This document shows, piece after piece, positions 53,106-64,000 of a stretch of DNA of 64,000 bases (positions within the stretch are counted from its first letter, which is position 1; each line of letters begins with the position of its first letter). The notes beneath the pieces were generated by a model. That model saw nothing but the letters and a program-made list of their open reading frames with translations. It ran no database searches and was not told where the DNA came from. Origin of the DNA: Octopus vulgaris (Eukaryota). Position numbers and translations under genes: made by a program. The stretch spans positions 76,508,001 through 76,572,000 of the forward strand of contig OX597822.1 of assembly GCA_951406725.2 (NCBI GenBank). The letters are read 5' to 3'.

Positions 53106-54254
53106 GCGGTGGTATGAATATGCGTAAGCGTGTGTGTATGTGTGGTTGTTGTTGTGTATGTGAGAGATAAGGTTCACTAAAGAAGAACAGGTAAGAGCAA
53201 ACCAGAGAAGCAGAAAGAGGAGTTGAAGGAATGGAATACAGGAATGGAGCTAGAACAAGAATGAGGGATTAGTGTGTAGGGGTGGTGAGGGGTGACGGAA
53301 GGAAAGTAGAATACTGTGAGAGAGTGGTGGAAAGAGAGAGAGAGAGAGAGAGAATGGAGGTGAGTTTAATTTTTGAAAAGAAAGAGAGAGAGAGAGAGAA
53401 AAAGTAACATGGGCAGAAAGAGAGAGAAAAAGAGAAATGCTTTGGATTGAGAGAGCAGGGAGAGAGTTGGAGATAAAGATAGGAAATGGTGGAAGAATTT
53501 GGTATGAAGGTAGGTGGATGGATGGATGGAGGGAAGAATAGATAGAAATGGATGGGTATGGGGTGGAAGTGAGATAGAGTCAGGCTTTGAAGAGACGAAG
53601 AAGGGATTGAAGAAGCAAGACAGAACAGACTAAGAAACAAGATAGAATTTTACACACACCCGTAAGTATGCATGTATGTATGTTTGTATGTATGTATGTA
53701 TGTATTTATGTATATAAGAGAGAGAGAAAGTGAAAGTAAGTGGGAAAATGTTGAAAGATGTAGGGGAAGAATAGGGAAGAAAGAGAGAAAATAATAAAGA
53801 GAGAGCGAGGGTGAATAAATGGAATTATTGAAAGGGGAGGAAATAACGAGAGCAAAAGTGATTAATAGTTATTCCATGTTAAGCTTAATTAATTGATTCC
53901 ATCTCGTTCAAGTGGCAGCATTAGCCAGCCTCCGCTCTCCCCGATGCTGCCATCATCCTACAGTCACCACCCTCACAGACACACATCGTTAATTAAGTCG
54001 GAAATTAAAATGGCTTCATCATACCATCCCAACCATTGTCAACCATCGAGCTAATCCAATCTTCAAACGCTGCTCCTTTAACGACAACAAAAATAATTCC
54101 AAAACAAACAAACAAACACAAAATATAAATAAATAAAATCGCCAACCATAACTCGGATCAACCAACCATGATCCATTGTTGCAATGGCATCTCAGATGTT
54201 TCTTAATCTTTTCTCTTGTTTGTTCTTTTGTCAACTTCTTCCAACACTTTCTCA

Positions 54255-54971
54255 TCTTCTTTTTCTCCTTTCTCTCCTTCTTCTTCTTCTTCTTCTTCTT
54301 CTTCTTCTTCTTCTTCTTCTTCTTCTTCACCTTTTTACTTTGTTTCTTCTTTTCTTTCTTTATTCTTTTCTAGTTTTCTTATTTATTTCTTCTCTTTCTT
54401 CCTCTTCTACTGCTCTACTTTTGTTTTCTTCTTTCATCATCATCATCATCATCTTCTCCTCTTCTTCCCTTTCTTTTTTTCCTCCTCCTCATTCTCCTCG
54501 CCTTCTTTGTCTTCTTTTCCTCCCTTCCCCTCCTGCTCTTTTTCTTCTTTTCTTCTCCTTCTCCCTTTCTTCCTTGCCTTTTTTCTCCTCCTTCTGATCC
54601 CCTCCCCTTCTTCCTCTCCCCTTCTATTCTTCTTCTCCACTTCTTCTTCTTCTTCTTCTCCCTTTCTTTTCTTCCTATTCTTCTTCTCCCCATCTTTTCT
54701 TCTTCTTCTTCTCCTCCCCTTTTCTTGGTCTTCTTCTCCCCTACTTTTCTTCTCCCCTTTTTTCTTCTTCTTCCCTTCTTTTCTTCTTCTTCTCCCCTTC
54801 TTCTCTTCTTTTTCTTCTTCTTCTCCCCTTCTTCTCTTCTTTTTCTTCTCCTCCCCTTTTCTTCATCTTCTTCTCCCCTACTTTTCTTCTTCTCCCCTTC
54901 TTTTTCTTCTTCTTCTTCCCTTTTCTCCTTCTTCTCCCCTTTTCTCCTTCTTCTCCCCTTTTCTTCTTCTT

Positions 54972-55000
<29 letters not shown>
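54255..55000. repeat. ~750-bp polypyrimidine tract of (TTC)n and TTCTTCTCCCC units
   Basis: Almost purine-free on the plus strand. Confidence 0.95.
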
Positions 55001-55002
<2 letters not shown>

Positions 55003-55539
55003 ACCTTTTTACATTATCATCATCACTATTATTATTACATTGTCTTTTTATTCAACAAATAACGATGCATCATCATCATCGACATTCGCGTTTTCGCCAC
55101 CATGGAAAAGGGACATTAAATGATGATTATGACGATGATGATGGTGATGTATTCTTTGTTTTGCTTTTTTTTGTTTTTGGCTGAAGTCATTTCTTTTGTT
55201 TTACGTTTCTATTTTGTTTTCATCCTCTTCTCTTCATCATCATCATCAATCTCATTATCACCATTGTCATCATCATCATCAGCTTCTTCTACCACTGCTG
55301 CAGCAGCCACCACTGCAACCACCTCCGCTGCTGCTGCCACTACTACTACTACTACTACCACCACAACCACCACCACCACCACCACCACTACTACTACTAG
55401 CCAAAGCTTTATGAGTCCTGGGGCTTGTGACAGACTTATCATAATGGAACTTTAGGAGCTAATCATTTGTTTGGCCCCAGATCAGATCTGACCCTGGCTG
55501 AACCTATGGTCAAAGGGTTTTCAGGTGTGATGCATGGTA

Positions 55540-55865
55540 TCTCATCATCATCATCGACAGTGTCGTCACCGCCACCACCATCATCATTATCACTCTCTTA
55601 AACACCACTACCACCATCATCATCATCATAACCACCACCACCTCCATCATCATAACCACCATTATCCTCATCATCATCATCAACATCATCATTATCATCA
55701 TCATAACCACCACCAACACCAATGCCATCACCATCATCATAACCACCACCAACACCATCACCACCATCATCATAACCACCACCTTCATCATCATCATAAC
55801 GACCACCATCATCATGAACATCATTGTCATCATCAACATTGTCATTGTCATCATCATCACCATCT
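55540..55865. repeat. (CAT/CAC)n tract with a CATCATAACCACCACC higher-order unit
   Basis: Direct inspection. Confidence 0.9.
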
Positions 55866-56564
55866 TCAGTGAATGTCCATTTTCCATGCAGGCATGGGTT
55901 GGACGGTTTTGACAAGGGATAATAAAGCTAAGAGCCACAGCAAGCTCCATTGTTTTGGTTTGGTCTCTACAGCTGGTGGCCTTTCCAATAATGCCCGCCG
56001 CCTTACAGAGTGTACTGGATGCTTTTTGCATGGCACCAACACTGACCATGTTTTGTGTCTTATTTTTGTAGACCGTGTGATATATAGATGGTTAAGAAAA
56101 TTGTATTTGCAACCACCTTGTAATAGGTTCGAGTTCATTGCATTGCACATTAGGCAAGGGTCATTTACTACAACTCTGCACCAACCAATGCCTTGTAAGG
56201 GAATTTGGTAGAAAGAAACTGTGTGGAAGCCTGCTATACATGTGTGTGTGTGTGTGTTTGCTGGTGTCAGTTTTTGTCACACACTCCATTGCATGATAGG
56301 TGTTACTTTGTTTATATCCCTGTAATGGTTTGGCAAAAGCAACCAATAGAATTAGCACCAGGCACAGAAATAAATGTTGTGGGATCAGTGTGTTCTACTA
56401 AACTCTTCATGTTGGTGCTCCAGCATGGTAGCGGTCCAGTGACTGAGACAAATAAAAGATGAATGAAATATGTCTATTTCTGCAAATTTTAAGCTTTATT
56501 TAAATATTCTCCTCAGCAAGCTCAGAAGAAATTTTCTAAATAAATATACTTATTCCTGTGAAGT

Positions 56565-57087
56565 TTAACTCTTTCGATACCAACCCAGCTGAAACAGGCT
56601 CTGGCTCTGAGTACAAATGTCTTGTTTTCATAAGTTTTGAATAAAAATCTTCCACCAAACCTTAGTCACAACTTATGTTCCTAACATTAGCTTAATGATA
56701 ACTAAGTTATTTTACTAAATTCTTTGTTATATTTAAAATTAATTGAAAGAAACTTAGAGCATCTCAACAGAAAGGCAGCAAGCTGGCAGAGACGTTAGCA
56801 TGTCGGGCGAAATGCTTAGCAGTATTTTGTCTGCCACTACATTCTGAGTTCTAATTCCGCCAAGGTCAACTTTGCCTTTCATCCTTTTGGGGTTGATTAA
56901 ATAAGTACCAGTTACACACTGGGGTCATTATAATCGACTTATACCATTTGTCTGTCCTTGTTTGTTCCCTCTGTGTATAGCCCCTTGTGGGCAATAAAGA
57001 AATAAGAAATGTGGTAACAAAAAGGTTAAAATATATAATAGAGAAACAATTCTTAACCCTTTTGATAAAGAACCCAGCTGAAACCAT
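56565..57087. mobile_element. TTAA-type MITE (family of 7916-8397) interrupted by SINE B (56772-57006, +), followed by the linker and the start of a second unit
   Basis: High similarity to 7916-8200, including the linker. Confidence 0.8.
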
Positions 57088-58225
57088 TTTTGTGATGTCT
57101 TTGCAGCTTTAATAATAAAGCATATTACTCTACCTCCGGTATTGGAGAATTATTTTTTCCACCTTTTTTCGCATTTATATGCTTACTCTGGTGAATATAT
57201 ATGTGCGATGTGCTTCTTTTAGTTTCTGTCTACCAAATCCACTCACAAGGTTTTTGTTAGCCCAAGTATATAATAGAAGACACTTGCCCAAGATTCCACC
57301 TAGTGGGACTGAACCCAGAATTATGCGGTTGGGGAGCAAAGTTGTTACCACACAGCCAAGTCTGCACCTATTTTTAGTAGCATAAAATGTGGACCTGATT
57401 TAAATATGCTCCACAGCATCCTATATGCTAATGAGAATGTTTTTTCGAAATAGATATTTATTCCTGTCAACTAAGAATCCTGGTTTTAAAATATTCCTTG
57501 CTATCACGTATGCACATCGGCATTTTACTAAATAAATATGAATCCTTGTAAAGGTAGGCGCTGGGTTTAAATAGTTTCCATAGCATCATGTACGCCCGGT
57601 GGGAATTTTTTTTCTGTCTTGCTTGAAGCATTTTACTTTCTTTAGATGAAAGGTATGATCAGCGGCAATGTTTTCTGAATAATGAATAAGTAAGTACAAC
57701 AGCAAGTTTTACCATGTCAATGGTATGATATGTCACAATGTTTGAGAGCTGTTTGCATCATGAATGCAAAAATGCCCGCATACGTATAAAGTCGCTATCA
57801 GAGACAGCATCACTAGCTACCTGTTTCTAGTTTATTTCATTATAAACTGCATATATCTTTATATTTATTTATTTATTCTGTTCCCCTCTCTTTCAATCTA
57901 TTTCACACACACACACACACACATATGTATAGATATATGTGTGTACATGGATGCAAGTTCATATGTATATAATATGTATATATCTATGTGTGTATGGGTG
58001 TGCATATATTTATATGTGTGTGTGCTCAAGTATATGAATATGTGTATTTATATATGTGCACATATGCAGTGTGAATAATATGTGTGCATGTATGTATATA
58101 TATATATATGAAGTATAAGGAAAAGAAAAATTGTAGGTGTAAGTATATGTGTGTGCAAGTGTTCATGCATATATGTGTGTGTGTGCATGTATATATATAT
58201 ATATATATATATATAGAAGTATACA

Positions 58226-58262
<37 letters not shown>

Positions 58263-58561
58263 TAGATAGATAGATAGATATGTGTGTGTGTATACATGTA
58301 TGGATATATGTATATATCTATATATTTGTGTTTGAGTATATAGGTATATAGAATGAGCATAAAACACACACACACACACACACACATATATAAAATAATA
58401 CACGTATGCATGTATGACCAAGTCTTTGTATGCATGCATGTGTGTGTCTTCTGATATAAATTTTGTTTCAAATTCCATTGATGCTTGTTGGTGTGTTGTG
58501 GAGAACCTTTCACAGTGCTAATGTAAACCTCCACACATGCACATCGTAGATACACACATAC

Positions 58562-58635
<74 letters not shown>

Positions 58636-58996
58636 ATGTACATATATACACACACATACACATATATATTTATATATACATATATACATATATATATACA
58701 TATAAATATACATAAATATATATACATACATACATGCATACATACGTATTATAGGTGCTGCAAGTTGTCACAAACACATGCAAATGTAAGCTACCTACTC
58801 AAATATTAATAAGAAAAACAACAACTGCAACGATGATGATAATAATAATGGAAATAAGAAGTAGATATGATCTTTTATTTGCCACAAGGACAATAAATAT
58901 ATAGCATCGCATTACAGTGCAATACAAATAGCTGAGTCTAATGTATACATATAGAAGAAAAAATGTTGGGATATCATTTTATGTGTGTATACATAC

Positions 58997-59028
<32 letters not shown>

Positions 59029-59077
59029 ATAGATATAGATATATATATAGATGCAGATATATATGTATACATATATA

Positions 59078-59124
<47 letters not shown>

Positions 59125-59265
59125 ATACATACATACACACACATATTTTTGTGTGGATAAATATATATATATATATTTATGTTTTTGTGTGATTGTATAG
59201 CTGTGTGTGTGTATATATATAAATATATACATATAGATAGATAGATATATGTATGTATATCTATC

Positions 59266-59300
<35 letters not shown>

Positions 59301-59525
59301 ATATATATATTTATATATATATATATGTATGTATGTATGTATATGTATGTATATATATATATATATATTTATATATGTAGTTATATATATATACATGTAT
59401 ATTTGTATGCATACACACACATATATATATACACACACACACATGCATATATATATTTGTGTGTGTACCCTACAAAAATATAAAATTTTGAATAAATAAT
59501 AATAATAATAGTAATAATAATAATA

Positions 59526-59574
<49 letters not shown>

Positions 59575-59835
59575 TAATAATAATAGTTTTGTGTCTAACA
59601 TTAAGCTTAGTCAGTGCTGCATTAGAGTATGACAATAAATGCAGTAGAAGGAGACATTTACATAAGATATTGCATGTATCTAAGTAGACAAGACAGCAAG
59701 TATGCATGCATTTCAAACATGCTTGCATGTGCATAAAAGAGATGCCATTGCAGCTTTGAATATCTACTGCGCTCTACTGAAAGGAAAAGAAGATTCAGAG
59801 AGTTGTTATTGAAAATATATATATACATACATACA

Positions 59836-59875
<40 letters not shown>

Positions 59876-60581
59876 TAGATATTCCAGAACATCCTTTCTT
59901 GGTTGGAAACGGTAAAAACAAATTGGGAGAAAAATAAGAATGGTATACACAGCAGTAGAGAAACGGATGGAATTTTGAAGCAAAGATATTGTGCAGAAAA
60001 ATTGACCAAGAACAGTATGGCACTAGCGTTTTTAATTGTTATTGTTGTTGTTGTCGTTGGCGGCAGCGCCACTTACCCTGAGGTTAACCTTGACTGAGCA
60101 GATCTAGGATCAATGGAGTTTGCAGCCGTGGCTATTTTGGGGTTTTGTGTTGCATATTTTTGCCAACCAAAAAGCTTACTTCCCAACCACATGGTTTCAG
60201 GTTCAGTCACTCTGCGTGACACTGTGGGCAAGTGTCTTCTTCTGTAGCCTTGGCCATCATATAATGTATGTGTATGTGTTTGTGTATTTGCATCTGTGAG
60301 TCTATACGTGTGTATACAGGTGTGTGTATGTGTTTGCATGTGTGTGTGTGTCTCCTTGGTTTGACATCATGTGATTGTTGCAAGTGACCAATATTTATTT
60401 CTAATAAACCACTTAATCATGTTTGGCCATGGGAAAATATTACTTTGCTTGGAAACGGATAAGGGTTGGGGACAGGAGTAGCATCCAGCCATAGAAAGAT
60501 CTGCCTCAGTAAACTCTTTCTGACCCATGGAATCATTGGAAAGTGGACATTATAACGATGATGGTGATTCATTTAGAGAGT

Positions 60582-60881
60582 TTAAATCAAGTCACAGCAA
60601 TACCTTACAGGAACTATGACTGAACTGATTCAGACATGAAACCCCTGGCTAAGGGATTTGTCAGTTCTAATATTGTCCAGTCTCCAATGATATATCTCTG
60701 GGGTTCAGGCTCTTAACTGCTAATTACTCTGTCCAGTATCGTGGTACACAATTCACCGGTGTAAGAAGTAATGATAGTCAGTGATATTTTAGGGCTTAAA
60801 TTAAGTCACAGCAATATCTTGCAGGAATCTCGATCGATTTGATATGGACATGAAACCCCTGGCTAAAGGATTTGTCAGTCT
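60582..60881. repeat. ~85-bp direct repeat pair 215 bp apart
   Basis: TTAAATnAAGTCACAGCAATAnCTTnCAGGAA...GACATGAAACCCCTGGCTAAnGGATTTGTCAGT occurs twice. Confidence 0.8.
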
Positions 60882-62772
60882 GAATGCCATCTCCTTATCT
60901 CTTCGGATGTAAATAATGAAACTTACCATGTTAAAAGACTATGAAAAAGATAATGGTATAGAGATTGTGTCTTGTAATGATTTACTTTAGCCATTTCAAA
61001 ATGGAAAAAGAAGAAATAAGAAACCATTTCTGAAAGGAGATCATTTTCCCATGTGTTAATTGGCGTTACCAATTCAGAAACTGGATGAATAGCTGTAGGC
61101 ATGGCTCTGTGGTTAAGAAGTTTGTTAAGTGGCACCATGGTTTTAGGTTCAGTCCCACTACATGGCACTTTGGGTATGTATCTTCTACTCTAGCCCAAGG
61201 CTGACCAAAGCTGTGTGCATGGATCTGGTCAATGGAAGCTGAAAGAAGCCTATTGTGTATGTGTGACTGTGAATGTATGTGTGTATGCTTGTGTACATGT
61301 AACTCTGTGTGTGTATGCATGTGTATGTGCACTTGCATGTGTGCGTGTGTATTACTGTTTCTTTGCCTTGGTTTCAATTGATGTGGGTAAACCCATGTCC
61401 TCATCATGCAAGCCATCTCCTTTGTTTCCTATCTTCTATGAAAACATGCCTGGTCCTGAAGAAATATTACCTTATTGGAAAACAGGCAATGGTTGTTGAC
61501 AGGGGGGAGCATCTGGACATGAAAAAAAATCTGCTTCGGCAAGTACTGTCTATCGGAGGCAAGCATGGACAAGTGGACTTTAAAACAAGTCGATGACGAT
61601 GACAGATTAGAGCAATATCACTAATGACATTTGATATCACATGTTATAAAACCAGAATATCGTTCAAAACTGTTCTTTTTAATCATATTCATTGCTATGA
61701 AAATAATATCATCTCAACACACCACTACATCACATCCACCCCTCGTCTTCTCTATGTCGGCTTTATGCATACAAAACTTCCATTGCCTGTAGCTAGACAC
61801 ACCCTCACACAAACACACACACACACGCTTGTGCACACATACACACACATATACACAAATACTCATGCACACACACACATATACATATAAACACACACAC
61901 TTACACATATACAGACATATTCACACACATATACACACACATACACATACACGTAAACAACTGGTACACACATGCACACACGTACTTACACACCTGCACA
62001 CACATATACATATGCATATATACAGATACACGTAAACAACAAACACATACACATGTACTCACACACATGCACACACAGATATACACACACATACTCACAC
62101 ACAGTATAAGAAAAAGAGTAGTAAATCTCTTGATGGCAAGCTAAAACACCTGGTTTTGTTCCCCTATATGTACAAACTCATACAGATCTCATTAAGCCGC
62201 TTCAAAGAAAACAAAGTCTTCTTGACTGATAAGAATTAAGTTATTTACCAATATACCCCACCATGGGCCCGGGAACAGTGGGTGAAAGTGGTGCAAGCAC
62301 ACCCACTATAATTTTTGCGGAGTGCAGAACCAAAATTTGCAGCCCTACTTATTTTCCTCGGGTTTAGAAAACAGTAAATAAAAAGTGATGTGTATAAAGT
62401 AGCTAGAAGTTAGGTTCCTTCTCAAAGAACAAAAAAAAAAGACCTTGTTTGTAAACATTTTTGAACCTGGGTTTGCACCCCTTAAGCAAATTTCACTCCC
62501 GAGCCAGTGAGCCCAAACATTTGCCTTGCAGACATGCTGCCATCTCCTCTTACTTTCTTTTATTGTTACTACAGTTACCCCTTTACTTCAGCGATAGCTG
62601 TTCCCCTGATACCCCCACTTGGGGCCTATTTGACTCAGTCACCTCTTTTTCTAACTAGAACCGCAAGATAGATTCTTCAAGCAAACAGTGGGGTGAACTG
62701 TTTTTTAGCTCACAGAATATTCTGCCTGGCCTTACTTTTCCCTGCATCCCTCATCTGACAGGTATTTGAATA

Positions 62773-63151
62773 CTCTTTTACTCTTTTACTTGTTTCAGTC
62801 ATTTGACTGTGGCCAGGCTGGAGCACCGCCTCTAGTCAAGCAAATCGACGCCAGGACTTATTCTTTGCAAGCCTAGTACTTATTCTATCGGTCTCTTTTG
62901 ACGAACCGCTAAGTTACGGGGACGTAAACACACCAGCATCGGTTGTCAAGTGATGTTGGGGGGACAGAAACACAAACACACATATACGACGGGCTTCTTT
63001 CAGTTTCCGTCTACCAAATCCACTCACAAGGCTTTGGTCATCCCGAGGCTATAGTAGAAGACACTTGCTCAAGGTGCCATGCAGTGGGATTGAACCCAGA
63101 ACCATGTGGTTGGTAAGCAAGTTACTTACCACACAGCCACTCCTGCACCTA
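62773..63151 (-). mobile_element. Full-length, little-diverged SINE family A
   Basis: CpG-retaining complete copy; possible TGAATA target-site duplication. Confidence 0.9.
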
Positions 63152-64000
63152 TGAATAGAACATCCTGTAGTGAATAGAACATCAACTGTGTTGATTTCAG
63201 CAGTCTGCAGAGGTCTGTAATGGTGCTGGACACAACTCCTTCCTCCAGGCCAAGCAGTAAAAAAAAACAAAAAAAAACTAGAACTGCAGATGGTCAAACT
63301 CTCTGAGAAACAATTCTAATGTCCATTATTTTTCTATTAGTTCTCCATTATATTTTCATTTCACAGCTAAATCCAATTATTTCTCACAAATAAGAGGCCA
63401 TACTACAGATGATGACATCACAAAGTGACCATCCACATTTCTCCACTTGATCTCTATTGCTTCCCTAATGTTAGTTGTGTTGAAATATTTAACACTTTTC
63501 AAAACCAATCCACATGGGACCACCTCTTACTATATTGTACAAAATCTTCTCATTTTAAAATATATTTATATTAAAACTTTTCATTGTAATTTTAAGTTAC
63601 AACTTTTATTTGTAAATCTATATTCTAATTACCATCTTATATGAAAAGGTTAATTATTTTATGAAATCCTTGCAAATTGTTAATTATTTTTGGAATTAAT
63701 TGAAATATGTTATGTATTTCGTTAGAGATTAGTCATGTAAAGGTTAGTGCCTATTATCTAACATTAAAAATAAAAAAATAAAAACTCGTTAAAAATAATT
63801 AGCTATTGAGTAAAAGACAATATTGATTTCAAATTTTGGCACAAGGCCAGTAATTTTGGGGGAGGGGTTCAGCCAATTACAGAGACCCTAGTGTTCACCT
63901 GGACCTTATTTCATCAACCCTGAAAGGATGAAAGGCTAAGGCAACCTAAGAGGAATTTAAGGGAAAAGACAATATTAGTTTTATCTTTTATGTGCTTCAG

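Overview
This is a very AT-rich, repeat-saturated animal genomic window, most likely octopus, judged from the tRNA-derived SINE families and the microsatellite load. It looks like intronic or intergenic DNA, and I cannot support any host protein-coding exon. Most ORFs in the track are translated microsatellites. The real coding remnants are all decayed transposons: Penelope-like elements (PLE; RT and GIY-YIG), RTE, CR1, L1/Tx1, restriction-like-endonuclease LINEs and a Tc1/mariner transposase. There are also several tRNA-SINE families and TA- and TTAA-type MITEs. The most notable structure is a set of fold-back (inverted-repeat) elements whose arms carry type I hammerhead-ribozyme-like motifs: CUGANGA...GAAA, a short and often palindromic stem III, and often a long stem II insert. 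They are probably inverted pseudo-LTRs (pLTRs) of several PLE families. All alignments, folds and family assignments were made by eye, and coordinates are approximate to a few bases.
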